A stretch of DNA of 63,992 nucleotides, counting the filler, from Octopus bimaculoides (lineage: Eukaryota): the NCBI RefSeq assembly GCF_001194135.2. It is 6 parts of 6 records of this genome, joined end to end, with 100 filler letters (N's around TTAATTAATTAA, not from the genome) between each part and the next. Parts side by side here need not be neighbours in the genome. Positions count along the whole stretch, not along the records: positions 1 to 8,882 come from NC_068986.1; positions 8,983 to 24,138 come from NC_068984.1; 4 more parts are not named here. The stretch is one strand, 5' to 3'. Below are positions 1-13,230 of this stretch, piece after piece. Within the stretch, counting starts at the first letter, position 1, and each line of letters opens with the position of its first letter. A program made the position numbers and the translations under genes. The notes under the pieces are model-generated. The model searched no databases and was not told the DNA's origin. It worked only from the letters and a program-made list of their open reading frames with translations.

Positions 1-2548
1 AAATTACAACTATATATATGTGTGTGCTCATGTGTGTGTGTTCGTGTGTGTGTGTGTGTGTATGTGTGTATGTATGTATGTATGTATGTATGTATGTATG
101 TATGTATACATAAGTTTGTATAGAGAGAAGTTGCTCTTTCTTAGTGATATATTATCCAAGGGTACACCAGTTTTGCACTAATATCGATTAACGATACTGG
201 AAAGTTTTCATGTATATATGTACTAGTGTTTATTGTTGGTTCTTCTTCAATATTAGAACTTTATACCTCTGAAATTCTAGTTGTCGATATGGAGATTTAC
301 ATCATTGTTGATATAGGAGAAAAAAGTTTAAAAATTCAAAGAAGACGGAGAGTACATACATAGAGTAATCAATTTATTAGCATAGTCTGGTCAAATTCAT
401 TCATATTGCCTACGATGCATTTCGGCTGATTGCTGCTATTCAATATTTGCACATTTAAAGTGCATTATGAAGCTGAAAGAGCAAAAAGCCTCCCCAAGGC
501 ATAACTGACTGATATTTGTAACATCCTAAAGGATGGAGAGTTTATTTCGATTGAATTGTAGCATGTGTGTCTTGGATACTATTCTAAAAATAGCTAAAAG
601 TTATTTTTTTACCTTACTGGACATGGATAGCCATAGTTTAGAAGAACTAGGTTATGTTACTATTCCACTCTTTTGGTAGTGCAGACTAACCTTTTACAAT
701 CCGGTCACTACTTTTCATCCTGTTCAGTATGTCCATAATACATACTTCTACGTCCTTATTCTACCCATTTAGCCAAATTGATTAACTATCTATGCTTACC
801 TGCCTGCCCCTACTTTTCCTACTATTCAGCATGTCCATAACATATTCATTTACGATCTCATTATTGATAAAATAAATCTAGGTATATTCCTAATTGTTCC
901 TTTTATCTATTTATTTTATATCAACACTAATATTTACACATTTTTGTAAAATTTATATTAGTTACTAGTAAATATAACTATTTCTTCAAATATATTAGTT
1001 GATAGGTTGAGTTCATACATATACATTTTTGAGTTCATACATATACATTTTTGTCTATTTAATTTATAGTATAAATACACGATTCATAGGTATTATTTAC
1101 ACTGTTTATTTTAATCATGACTATTTAAAATTTATCAAATGTATATTTAACTTCGTGAACTATTCATAGGTATTATTTGCACACTGTTTATTTTAATCCT
1201 ATCCACCTTTGAATTTATTGAATGTATATTTAGCAGATCTAGTTTGTTTCATTCGCAAAATGAGCCCTCTTTAATTTTGCACAGATTGTTTTCAATTTTG
1301 GTATATCGATGCGATGCAACTCTGAATTTTGATTATGATCCACCAATTACTTCATCTTGTAAATTAAAGACTCTGATGTTATTTGGAATTAAAGTTGGGA
1401 AATTTGGATAATTTTAGCCAATCAACAGACAGCGAGGCATTAACAGCTTGTTACCATGACAGATGCACGTTGTGTTGTGTTTCACTTCACCTGCATGTTG
1501 TGTTGATTCTTCACATCACGAGATTTACTTCACCCGCGTGTTTTGTTTTAATAAAAATTTATATTTGTGAATTAGAATTTTATAGATATTTTTCGTCAAT
1601 TGTCTTAATATTTTTCATATATAGCAAAAGTTGTTTCCAATGTTTATATAGTTTCTTGGCATTATGAAGGTAAATGGAATATGTGAACATAGTACACATC
1701 CGCACACCTACACTTCAAGCACAGTACTGGCAACAGCATCGATGGCTCATCGATTCAGTATTGTCAAGCTTCAGGGGCTCACTGACTCAGATAGCTGGAT
1801 TTATGATTTCACTAGGTTAATTCTATTCATAAGCATTTAAATTAAGAGTATTTCTTAAACCGTTAGCTTCACATTTCAACAGCTTAACTGAAATTTAGCC
1901 CACGTAACAAGAACTGAGAGGGATATCATGGAACAGAGAAACTGTAGGGGACACAGATAATTTGACATTATTTTTGAATTCTGCATGAAAAAACATNNNN
2001 NNNNNNNNNNNNNNNNNNNNNNNNNNNNNNNNNNNNNNNNNNNNNNNNNNNNNNNNNNNNNNNNNNNNNNNNNNNNNNNNNNNNNNNNNNNNNNNNNNNN
2101 NNNNNNNNNNNNNNNNNNNNNNNNNNNNNNNNNNNNNNNNNNNNNNNNNNNNNNNNNNNNNNNNNNNNNNNNNNNNNNNNNNNNNNNNNNNNNNNNNNNN
2201 NNNNNNNNNNNNNNNNNNNNNNNNNNNNNNNNNNNNNNNNNNNNNNNNNNNNNNNNNNNNNNNNNNNNNNNNNNNNNNNNNNNNNNNNNNNNNNNNNNNN
2301 NNNNNNNNNNNNNNNNNNNNNNNNNNNNNNNNNNNNNNNNNNNNNNNNNNNNNNNNNNNNNNNNNNNNNNNNNNNNNNNNNNNNNNNNNNNNNNNNNNNN
2401 NNNNNNNNNNNNNNNNNNNNNNNNNNNNNNNNNNNNNNNNNNNNNNNNNNNNNNNNNNNNNNNNNNNNNNNNNNNNNNNNNNNNNNNNNNNNNNNNNNNN
2501 NNNNNNNNNNNNNNNNNNNNNNNNNNNNNNNNNNNNNNNNNNNNNNNA

Positions 2549-2720
2549 TGCATATATCCATACATATATGTACATATCTACATCTATATGTATACTTACA
2601 TGCATATATGGGTACAGAACATAAAAAAAAAAATAAACGTTAAACACAATGAGAAACGAAAACATAAAATCGAAAACATAGAAAACGAACATTTTTCGAA
2701 CAACGAAAAAAAACAAAAAA
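2549..2720. repeat. Dispersed repeat (partner 48640-48800, inverted)
   Basis: catatatccatacatatatgtacat..gggtacag..aaacacaatgagaaacgaaaacataaa matches the reverse complement of 48640-48800. Confidence 0.85.
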
Positions 2721-3689
2721 CCACAGAAACAAACACAGGTCTACATACTTTGTATTGTTGTCATTTGATTAGCGAAACAATTATGAGAACGGAACCAAGG
2801 GATAAGCCCCGCTTTTTCGAGAATTACCAGGTACGTTAGCCAGTGTATATATATACATTTGCTATGAAAAACTTTGATTAAATTGGAACAAAGTTTGGAA
2901 AATAGTGAATCGTAGGGAAACACTTAAACGTTATAAATTGCGTAATCTTATAAATAGCTGTTTCAAGATAAAATCAGTGAACAGGAAATTGTTAGTTATT
3001 GGTAAAAAAGAAAAGTGTAACTTTCAGGGTAGAAAAATTATTTCTAAATAAAAATTGATGTTTCCATTAAGGAATTAGATATTGAACTAAATTTCGGACG
3101 ACATACAAATCATACTTCGAGATAAAATTCCCGTATTAAAAAAAAATGTTGCTTCAATGGAAAATTTTTATCTATAAATAGATATGTAGAACTCAAGAGA
3201 AAAAATTACAGTAGATTAGTTAGGAAAAACATCTAAATAATTACTTTAAGCTGGAATTATGACTATACAAAAATTGGTACTATCTATGGGATTAGAAGTA
3301 AAGTAATTAGAGAACTAAAATATTCATATAATAAACATCTAAATTATGTTGTAGACACAACATGCAAATCTCTAGATAATAAAAATCTATACGAAATGAT
3401 GTTAGTGAAACAATATGCAAGAATATATACATAATCTCATATAAACACCTACGTGTATAAAAATAAAAAGATACACGTACACAAATAAATACACATACAC
3501 ACGCACACACACACATATACACACACACATAAATGATCGACTGAAAAGCTCATCAGAACGTCGAAAAAAAATATGGTGCAGTAATTGTTCTGAATACTTG
3601 CGTATGCAGTTCAAGTCTCACCGAGGTCGTGTTCGCTTTCTAATCATCCTGGCGTGATAAAGAAAATATATAAATATTAAATTTTCTTT

Positions 3690-4300
3690 TCTTCACCTTT
3701 CTCAGTCTTGCATAACCTTCCGCTCCCTTCTGCGTTGAGCCTGTGAGAAGGACGCAAGGCAACATTCCAGAATTCTTTCACCTCCATTTTTCGTGGCAGG
3801 CCACTCTTCAGTAGTTCAGAGTCTTTAATAAATGTCGTGGTAGGACCACCCTTAGGTCGTTTCCCATAGGTTGTTTTCCATATCAGCATTTGGCTCAGTT
3901 TCATCTTTGCTATGAAAGCAGTGTCCACAGAATACGAGTCTTCTTTCCTTTATAGTAGAAATAACTCTTGACCGATTGTCATAAAGAACCTGGTTTGTTT
4001 TAAGGGACTGCAATTCGATGTTAAGTGCGGCTCGTAGAAGTTTTATGCATGTTCCGTCTAGTTTTCTTTCTGGTACCTTACTTAGAATCCATGTAGTGTA
4101 GGCGTTTAAGAGCACGGTTTCTATTCTTACTTGAAAGTAGCGGATCTTAAGCTCTCTGTTTAAATTTGATTCTCAATAATGTCTATTTTTCACAGAACTG
4201 TCCATGCTTTAGCAATGCGACTTTTAATGTCCTTTTCATTTGTATCAATTCACAAGCCCAGATATAAGAAATCTACTTTTGCCGACTTGTATTCATTTAT
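3690..4300 (-). mobile_element. RTE-type non-LTR retrotransposon 3' fragment (RT C-terminus), decayed
   Basis: Minus-strand translation across stops/frameshifts: DFLYLG..NEKDIKSRIAKAW..LKIRYFQVRIETVLLNAYTTWILSKVPERKLDG..LLRAALNI..IKERRLVFCGHCFHSKDE..YGKRPKGGPTTTFI. This matches the conserved post-RT region of RTE-like LINEs. Confidence 0.8.
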
Positions 4301-4455
4301 CGATTTTTGGTAGCTATCTTCTTTGTTGCAAACCATGTATTTTGTTATGTACTCGTTTCTATGTAAGCTGATCTGTGAAGCACAACACTCAACCCGCAAT
4401 AAAACAGTTGGGTTGTTCTTTCGTTTCAGATATTAAGGTTAAGCCATCGACATAG

Positions 4456-4456
<1 letters not shown>

Positions 4457-4544
<88 letters not shown>

Positions 4545-4560
4545 AGACACACACACACAC
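4457..4560. repeat. (CA)n microsatellite
   Basis: About 100-nt near-perfect run. Confidence 0.98.
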
Positions 4561-6582
4561 TCATGCATACATACATACATGCATAAATATATATACGCAC
4601 GCGCACACACACATATACATATTTATGCACACACACACATATATTCATATATATATATATTTATATATATATATACTATATGTTAGTACATAAGTATGTG
4701 TGTATGTATATATATTATTTGCTTATTTGTTTTTTATGTCAAGGGTGACTAAAAAGTAATGCTAAATGAGAAAATCGTTGGCATAATAGCAGATCGATAA
4801 TTTGTTTCGTCTTCAGACGAAGCTCATAGATGCATTAATTAAAAGTCTGAAATTGTTGCTACAGATAATTGTTCTTAACTTATATTGTGAGCAGCAATGA
4901 AAGAACAAAATGAGGGAAGGTATAGAAAAGCCATGAAAATGGGATTTTGGAAGATTTATTTATATGAAGACAATTATACGCTATTCTGCAGGTTGAAAGT
5001 CAGTAATTTGTACGTAAAACAAGTAGTAGATTCTCTTATTTATGGGTAGGTGAGGCGACTTATGTCATCTAATGCTAAAATATGACTGTCTGCGATTATA
5101 GATAAGAATGTCTAAAAATAACGGTTAAAAATGAGCGCTGTTTGAAATGAAAGAGATTACATTGATGCTAAATGAACAGAAAAGTTATATGAAACTGTAA
5201 AAGAGCAAAGGTTTGTGAGAAGAAATGGAAAGTATCTTGGCATATTTGAGAAGGTAAACAGGTTAGCGTGCAATTGAAGAAATGTGGTTTATAAACTTGG
5301 TGTTTAACATATAAAATAGCGAGTTAGCATTTTCTTTAATGCAGGTTGATATAAAATACCTTAGGTATTCTTTTTGTTCATTATAATCCAAATGACTGTT
5401 AGTTATACAGTTATCTAATACGAACTTATGTGCGGGAAATTATATGAAGGTTAAATTAGTGCATGCCCAAGTTTCCGTAATTGTCACTTTTTCCAGCAGT
5501 AAAATTTTGAGCGTTAGAGTTTTGCACTGTAAAATGAAAGAACATTTAGGGAGATTAACTGTGGAAAGTTAATTTAGGTCTACAATATAAAATGTATCCA
5601 AAATGTAAAAGTTATCCTAAAATGAATTAATGTTTATCTCAGTATTCTTCAGGAATTTCTTATACTAAAATTGCAGCTTTCATCTACTTAAACATTGACT
5701 TAAATCATCGATGACTGTCTGATCTATGTTTATCCACTCTTCAGTCAGTACATCATTCAGCTCTGAAATTGATGTAATTTTTGATGATTTTACTCACAAC
5801 CTTCTATCATGATGTTCTCATCCGTGTTCTACTGGACAGGTTTGATACAATTTTCAGAGGTTAAACCGAGACTGATGGGAATTGAAACTAGGATGATGAA
5901 AGTTAAAACCCGTACCATGGGAGTTGAAACCAGATCCATGAGAGCTAAAATCGCGACCAATGGGAATATTACACAAGGTTTGAAGAGCCACAGCATGGGG
6001 CTGGACATCAAGAGAAAGCAAGTTTCCCATCTTCACCAGCCAGAATCTCTGGGGCGTTTTACTGCAATTATATCAACCTAATTGTGTTTTCTTCTTATAT
6101 AAAGGCAATTCCTAGCAACTACTGAAATGGTATGTGTGAGCTAGTAAGACGTAGAATTTATCTTTATCATTTGGAAGGTTGAGAGTCTGGCTAAGGGGCA
6201 TAGAAAAATGGTGAACTGAAATAGATGTAGAAGGTAGCTATTCTTCAATTGACAACACATGTATGAACAATATTGTAAACTTCTAAGTTGTCAGTTACGA
6301 GTTGTACAAGCTCCTCTTGCAATTTTAGTGAATTGGTTGTGGAATGAGATGAATCATTCACGGTCTGTTGTTTGTCTGTCTCTTTTTTTTTAAAGGCTGG
6401 TCACTTCCGAACATACTAGACCATAATAATCTTCCCATCTCTTCTAACAAAATAACAAAATTGGCATTCACATACAGAGACATATACACAATTGCAAACA
6501 TACACACTTGTTCTGTTTCCGCAACATAGAAATGTAAGCTATTCGTTTCTATGCCAAACCTCTATTTATAAACATGGTAGAG

Positions 6583-6620
<38 letters not shown>

Positions 6621-7865
6621 GTGAGTATGAATAAGATAAATTTCTTGCAGTTATCTTTTTATTCTGTGTAATGTGACTTATCACGTCTTTATTATCTTAT
6701 TTAGTTGGCAAGGTTAAGATCCGTAAATGTAAAGAGAATCAAAGAAAATATTGTAGCATTCATTATGAATATTGTAGCACTCAACGATCTGGCTGTAGAT
6801 AGATATATTTGAGGTGCGTTCTACATACAAACACCTTAGAGCCTCACACATGTGATACTGACTGGACAGGATGCTATATTTTCTCTCTACACAACTCATC
6901 AATCTCAGACTAATAAATAATTCTTTTGAAAATCGTTAGAAGAAATTGCAAACATATTCTAATTTAAAGAATATTCGTACTACATTTTGGGTGACGCCAA
7001 CAACATAAATCTTCTTTCCTTATATTGATAATTTCGAACATTCTCTAACAATAGTGCTCTTCGACGTCCGGAAGCATTAGATTTTGAAAAACATTTACGA
7101 CTGCCAACTGTTAAGATAACCGACATTTTAATTCATTGTCTAAATGTAATGAAGTATTACTTTGGCATTCGAAGCATTCAAACAATTTTCATTTATAATT
7201 TCTCCAGCAATCTTCGTCTATAATTTCTTTGTCAGGTCGCCAGAAATCGTATTTTCCAAGTAAATGCGTTATCCTTATCCAAATAGCCGTGCAGATTGGT
7301 ATAATAGTTTAGAGATATTTTAAATGAAAGTTTAAAAACAACAAAAACAAAACAAGGTGCAAGATGCATAGAATATTGCAGTTGTTCAAGATAACCGAAT
7401 GTCGGCCCACTAACTAAATGCTGGACTATTCACCGTAACCAGAACTGTAATGTATCCAAGCCAAGAATTTTAACTGGTTAAACTTCTTTAACTGCAGTCA
7501 GATATAGAATTTGGCGGCGTTGTGCAGTTGACGAATGTTCTTTTCTTTACGTTGCTGATTTCAAATTCTTTAATGGTGATAAGTCTTGAGAGGGACGAGT
7601 ACTGCGAAACTGAGTTGGCTTGTATAAGTTACAAAGAAGACTATCAAATAAGTTTGGAATACCGTCTTTACTACGTTTGCAAACACAATGTATATCTTTA
7701 TTTCTGTTTAAGTCTAATCTACACATCAGTCTGCTTCTGACACTTCCAGGCACAAATCAATCTTCCGATGAGAAGAGATTGTTTGTCTCTTGTTTAACTC
7801 TTCCCTATTTCTGTGAGTGGTCTGCCACGACTGTTTTTCATGGTGCAATTCAGTGTGTGAAGGAA

Positions 7866-7915
<50 letters not shown>

Positions 7916-7991
7916 TGTGTGAAGGAAAGAGAGAAATGGAGGGAGAAACAGAAGGAGGGTGGGATAATGATAATAATAATGATCCTTTTTA

Positions 7992-8110
7992 TTTTTGGCA
8001 CAAGGCCTGAAATTTTGGGGTAGAGAACAATCGTTTACATCGACCCCAGTACTTGATTAATACTTATTTTATCGAACCCCGATAGAATGAAGAGCAGAGT
8101 CGGCCTCAGC
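7992..8110 (-). mobile_element. tRNA-derived SINE (family A) 3' half, minus strand
   Basis: Reverse complement matches the SINE body seen at 57424-57823 (..ggggtcgat..aataagt..caaaatttcaggccttgtgcc). Confidence 0.75.
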
Positions 8111-8225
8111 TTTGCCTTTCATCCTTTCGGAATCGATTAAATAAGTACTAATCAAGTACTGAGGTCAATGTAATTGATTAGTTCCATTTTCTAAAATTTC
8201 AGGCCTTGTGCCTATAGTAGAAATG
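8111..8225 (+). mobile_element. tRNA-derived SINE (family A) 3' half, plus strand, with (ATT)n tail
   Basis: tttgcctttcatcctttcgg..aataagtac..aaatttcaggccttgtgcctatagtagaa followed by (ATT)n. Confidence 0.8.
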
Positions 8226-8258
<33 letters not shown>

Positions 8259-8261
8259 TTT

Positions 8262-8692
8262 TTATCTCAGGTTTTGTTGTAACTCCTGGAGTCTTGCATG
8301 CATAGCGGGCTGACTGCCTGCAGCCTACGGTACAATGCTATCTGTTCTTTTCAACTATCTAATACTTTCTTGATTATTCTGGACAAGGAGACAAACCTTT
8401 TATAACAGTTCTACTGGGAACTCTATTCTGATTTCCTCTGTATTCCTCTTGATGCCTTCTGATACTGTCCCCAAAGACCCAGCAATAATTGGCACTATCT
8501 TCACCCATATCCGGACTGTTTCGTACTTAAGAGAATTGTATCTATCTTTTCGCCTTCCTTCTTGATTGTTCGTGAGTCAAAGGGGCACGCAACATCAACT
8601 ATATAGCACGTGGTGCATCATGTCGATTACTACTAGGTCCGGTCTGTTATGTTCTTGCATCTGATCTGTTTGGATTAGGAAATCCCAGAGGA
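8262..8692 (-). mobile_element. 5'-truncated R4/Dong-type LINE, restriction-like endonuclease (PD..D) C-terminus, inserted in (TAA)n
   Basis: Minus-strand translation LWDFLIQTDQMQEHNRPDLVVID..VDVACPFDSRTIKKEGEKID..VKIVPIIAGSLGTVS..FPVELL. (TTA)n tracts lie on both sides (8226-8258 and 8693-8712). Confidence 0.8.
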
Positions 8693-8882
8693 TTATTATT
8701 ATTATTATTATTGTTCAGTAGTTTTATTTTTATAACGTGCTTTCACTTCACTACCGAGCGCAGCTCTGTGCGCCTTGGGTATGTGCTGTGGTTTGCTGTG
8801 ATGCTCTTATGGTTACTGTATTGAAAGTGTTTTGCGTAGGATGTGTGCAGTGCCCAGTAGTGCAATTTTCAGTATGTTATAT

Positions 8883-8982
8883 NNNNNNNNNNNNNNNNNN
8901 NNNNNNNNNNNNNNNNNNNNNNNNNNTTAATTAATTAANNNNNNNNNNNNNNNNNNNNNNNNNNNNNNNNNNNNNNNNNNNN
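8883..8982. other. Assembly gap spacer: 44 N + TTAATTAATTAA + 44 N (also at 24183, 46659, 58384, 62675)
   Basis: The identical 12-mer, with stops in all six frames, is centred in N runs at 8927, 24183, 46659, 58384 and 62675; an artificial linker. Confidence 0.95.
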
Positions 8983-9281
8983 CAAATATACAGTCTTACA
9001 AGCACACATACAAACACACACAGACGCATATGCATACGCATACATACATTTGTATACAGGTATCTGCTTGTATGTACATCTTTGAATGAGTGCTTAAATT
9101 ATCTACATCTATCTATGTCTTTACACACAGACACACAAACACACACACAGACCCACCCACACATACATACATACACACATACATACACATGCACACACTC
9201 ACATGTTTGCATGTGTATATAAATATATATATGCATGTATGTATAAATATGTATGTATATATATTTATGTATGTGTGTGTG

Positions 9282-9314
<33 letters not shown>

Positions 9315-9940
9315 TATGTAAGTATGTATGTATGTATATAGAAGCATAGACTTGCGTATTCACAGCTATGTAGGTGTATATAAATATATGCGTTACCTCA
9401 TGCAGACACATATATATTTCCATGCATAAATATATATTTAAGTATACATGCATGCATACACAAATCAACATTACCTACACTGGTGTGTATCTAACTCTAT
9501 ATTGCACACGCCATACTGACAAGATTAGTGAACATCATGTTTTTAAAAAAATCACATGACAGTAATGCAATATTCTTATTGGTTGAGATGTACCAGCATT
9601 TGTTGTTGAACAGCATGAGCACAATTGTAGAATTTGATTGATTATATGCTTGCTAGCTCTTATTACATCCTTTATGATTGCTGTTGTTATAGCTTAGAGC
9701 CAGTAGTACATATATTTATAAGCATTGGTGCACACTGTATTTCACATTTTCATATGTGCCAATGCATCTTCATTGTTTTAAGCATGCTTTGACATTATCT
9801 GAGAAAAGTTTTGTCTCGGTTTCTCTCTCTTAATTGAGAGATGCTACAAGATATATAAAGAGCATTCAGTTAGAGCTATACGCATGTTTATCTTTCTAGT
9901 GAACCACTACACACTTTCTCTGTCTTCTTTTCAAAATGTA

Positions 9941-10004
9941 TACCTACCTACCTACCTACCTACCTACCTACCTACCTACCTACCTACCTACCTACCTACC
10001 TACC
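9941..10004. repeat. (TACC)n microsatellite
   Basis: Perfect tetranucleotide run. Confidence 0.98.
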
Positions 10005-10206
10005 TGCCTGCCTGTCTGTCTATCTATCTATGTGTGTGTGCATATGTATATATGTGTGCTTGCATACATACCAATAAAGAGGAAAAGAAGGAGAATGTGT
10101 TGAACTAAAACTATAATGCCTACGCATCTCTTTAGAGTATAACATGTATTTTATCTTTCCCAATAAAACACTCAGAAGTACTCTCTATTGCCTTTCTTAG
10201 TTACTA

Positions 10207-10690
10207 CTAGCTAACCCTGTGCCGTCAAAAATGACGGTTAATTGTTGTATTTTATATATAAACAAGGTATAAAATAAGGCACATAATAATCACAGATACA
10301 AACATTCACATACTTCGCATACTTCCTTTGTACAAGCACACACACAAACACATATACTCAGAGTTGAAATGCTGTTTGATTTTTTTTCAACATTGAACGT
10401 TCACCATCCCATTTCCATTACACACTCACACATACATGCACGCACACACACATTTACATGCCCCCTTTTTACATACACACACATATACTCACATAGAGTT
10501 TGAAACATTGATTTTTTTGTCCCCATCCTTCCTTATTCATCTATCATCCCTTCCTTTCTCCATTGTTATTACTTTCTCTCACTCTCTCTCAGTCAAGGCT
10601 ATTACTTTCACTACTTCTCCTTCACTGAATAACTATTTCCTCTCCTCTGCCTTCACTTATACTACTCTTTCGCCTACTCCGTCCTACTCC
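10207..10690 (-). mobile_element. Non-autonomous Helitron-like element, 3' part
   Basis: On the minus strand the hairpin CCGTCA-TTTT-TGACGG (10222-10237) is followed 11 nt later by CTAG (10207-10210), the Helitron 3' signature. The body is homologous to 22135-22435 in the opposite orientation. Confidence 0.65.
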
Positions 10691-10932
10691 TACTCTGTGA
10701 TTTTGGACAAATATATATATATATATACATATATATAAACACTACACTCATTATTATATTAAGAGATAACAGTATATAAGTGCTTACTACATTTCTTTGC
10801 TCTTGTATTATACTAGCCACATGATATCGACACTGCTTGGTTAAGTTACCTACTAGTTTTTCTTCAACAATGATTGATGCGTTGAATACACACCAAAACA
10901 TTTAAACAGCACACAACATAACTTGAGATTAA

Positions 10933-11340
10933 TCTAATATAATAAATGCGAAAACTAATTTCTGTGTGTGTGTCACACTTTGAGCCCCCTCTGCCACTAT
11001 TCAATGATACTTCTACTATTTCTCATGCTGGGCTGAGAGAGATGGTAGGCATAAAGATGGTGAGGGCAGTGGCAAAGACAGACACAGAGAGAGAGAAAGA
11101 AAAAAAAAGAGAAAGAGAGAGAAAGAGAAACGTAGAAATTTAGGCAGAGTTGATGATAGCAGTGGGAGTAATAATAAGAGAGAGAGATAGAAAGCGTGGG
11201 TATGCGAGAGAATAAGAGAGATGATGTACAGCTTTGTTTAACCATGTCTGTTTGACAGAAATTCCTGTGGCCAACATACTGAACGGTGAACCAACATACT
11301 GAACTGACACTCTGAACGCTGACTTCTTTTACACACACTT
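10933..11340 (+). mobile_element. Helitron-like non-autonomous element 5' end
   Basis: a|TCTAATATAATAAATGCG..(TG)n TCACAC start; the same 5' sequence recurs at 11820. Right boundary not determined. Confidence 0.4.
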
Positions 11341-11456
11341 TTAGCCTTTTGCTTTTATCATTTATGTTTTATTTTTTGCTTTCTTCAATACACACATATA
11401 TATATATATATATACATATGTATATGTACATATATATATATATATGTGTGTGTGTG

Positions 11457-11509
<53 letters not shown>

Positions 11510-11819
11510 NNNNNNNNNNNNNNNNNNNNNNNNNNNNNNNNNNNNNNNNNNNNNNNNNNNNNNNNNNNNNNNNNNNNNNNNNNNNNNNNNNNNNNNNNNN
11601 NNNNNNNNNNNNNNNNNNNNNNNNNNNNNNNNNNNNNNNNNNNNNNNNNNNNNNNNNNNNNNNNNNNNNNNNNNNNNNNNNNNNNNTCATTTATAAATAG
11701 GTCTTACAGCTATTTCTGGGATATTTTATATATCCCTTTTATATATCCCTTCATATATACATACACACATGTATAAAATGCATTTTAATTGAAATAAAGT
11801 TTCCACAAAATTATACATA

Positions 11820-11990
11820 TCTAATATAATAAATGCGAATGTCATTGCGTCAGCGTGTCACACTTTTTTCAGCTATACTCCTAGAGGCTGTAACCCAACA
11901 TATCATACCAGTTTGGAATCAGGCCGACTGCATGAGTAAATTAAAAACATTCCAGGCTGAATCCGGAGTCACAATCCTGAAACATGGGAT
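11820..11990 (+). mobile_element. Helitron-like non-autonomous element 5' end
   Basis: a|TCTAATATAATAAATGCGAATG..GTGTCACAC, same start as 10933. Right boundary uncertain. Confidence 0.4.
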
Positions 11991-12354
11991 TCCTTAGTTT
12001 TCATTACTGTGATTGCTTGTGGCAATTATTTTACGTGACTTTTTGCGACGAATATGATCATCATTAGGATATGACTCTTGAGGAAACAATTGAAACGAAT
12101 CCTCCAAAAGAAGTCAGAAATCTGTTTGCAGATCTTCCCATTCGGGGTCAGTTACTTAAAAGCTATATTCTTGCTTAAAAGCCGCCCAATAGAGCGGCTT
12201 TTAAGCAAGCACGCACACACATGCACGCACGCACGCACACATACATATTCACAAATCTAAGTACATACATATATATTGCTTGTGTGTAGATTATATATGA
12301 GTGTAAGAGGATGCATGAACATGTGAGCATGCCTGTTTGTGTGTATATGCGTGC

Positions 12355-12655
12355 ACCAATCCTTCAGCTGTGAATCGAAAAATTCTTGACAGACTTCTTC
12401 AGCTTCATTGAATGACTCAAATCGTTGACCTTTCATAAAGAGCTGCATTGATCAGAAGAGAACGTAGTCAGATGGAGCAACGTCTGGACTATAAGGCTAG
12501 ATGTGGCAGAACTTCCACATTGTCCAATTCTTCTATCTTGTTGCTAATCTTTCTGGCGGTATGTGGCTTTGCATTGTCTTGTTGAAACAAAGCACGTTTT
12601 CAACGAACAAGTCTTGGGTACTTTTCAACAGTGAGTCACCATTGAACGTGACATG
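12355..12655 (-). mobile_element. mariner transposase C-terminal relic
   Basis: Frameshifted minus-strand translation ..ALFQQDNAKPHTARK..EVLPH..YSPDVAPSDYVLF*SMQLFMKGQRFESFNEAEEVCQEFFDSQLKDW contains the mariner QQDNA-PH and YSPD(L/V)APSDY motifs. Confidence 0.85.
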
Positions 12656-13079
12656 ATTTGAATGAACACACACACCACAAAAATATATAAAAAATATATA
12701 AAAAAGCATTATTAAAAAATATATAAAAAAGCATTATTCTAACATGGTGCATGAGCTTTTTTCTCAACCTAATATTATATAGTAATATAAAAAAACATAC
12801 AGTAATATATTTCCTCCGAACTATTTTATTTCACTACTGTGTAATAATGAATGAAACTTTGGGGCTTTTAATACTAATTCTGTTTCTGTTGATCTATTGC
12901 CATCTTTTCGGTTCATTGAGAAAGGAATTTTCCTGCTATGTCTGACTTTAACATTCTTCAGTATTTGTCTTGGAAATTTTCTGCTTGAAATAGTAACCGT
13001 TCTTTTGATCTATCTGAATTGTATATGACACTTTCTGATTCATGTTGAAAATCTTGGCATCAAATTGAGAGCTTGTTCA

Positions 13080-13230
13080 ACTTAGTAACTTTGATAATCC
13101 ATCTGTATTAATATGTTTGCTAGTCTCATATTATTTTATATAGTAGCAGAATAGCACATGTTCCAGAGTCTATCATTAATTCATGTGATGGTAACACAGG
13201 AAGACTCTTGTCAGGCTTTGACACAGCCTT
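13080..13230 (-). mobile_element. Possible Ty3/Gypsy RNase H C-terminal relic
   Basis: Frameshifted translation ..AILLLYKI..TSKHINTDGLSKLL resembles Gypsy WAxxLxxYxxxIxY..H.NADxLSRL. Highly degenerate. Confidence 0.35.

Noticed and set aside
1876-2839. ORFs spanning N runs (also 11349-11776, 30460-31308, 33581-34026, 37808-38233, 49936-50544)
   Set aside because: Length comes from N gaps and microsatellites; the only meaningful part is the PLE GIY-YIG at 34004-34238, annotated separately.
3825-3875. Minus-strand CTGAAGA-gtgg(cctg)ccac-GAAA hammerhead-like core
   Set aside because: Lies inside the RTE coding frame (LKSGLPRKMEVKEFW), and stems I and III are weak; likely chance.
8927-8938. Recurrent TTAATTAATTAA palindrome (also 24183, 46659, 58384, 62675)
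   Set aside because: Always centred in N runs of fixed length (44 N each side where counted) and gives stops in all six frames; an assembly linker, not biology.
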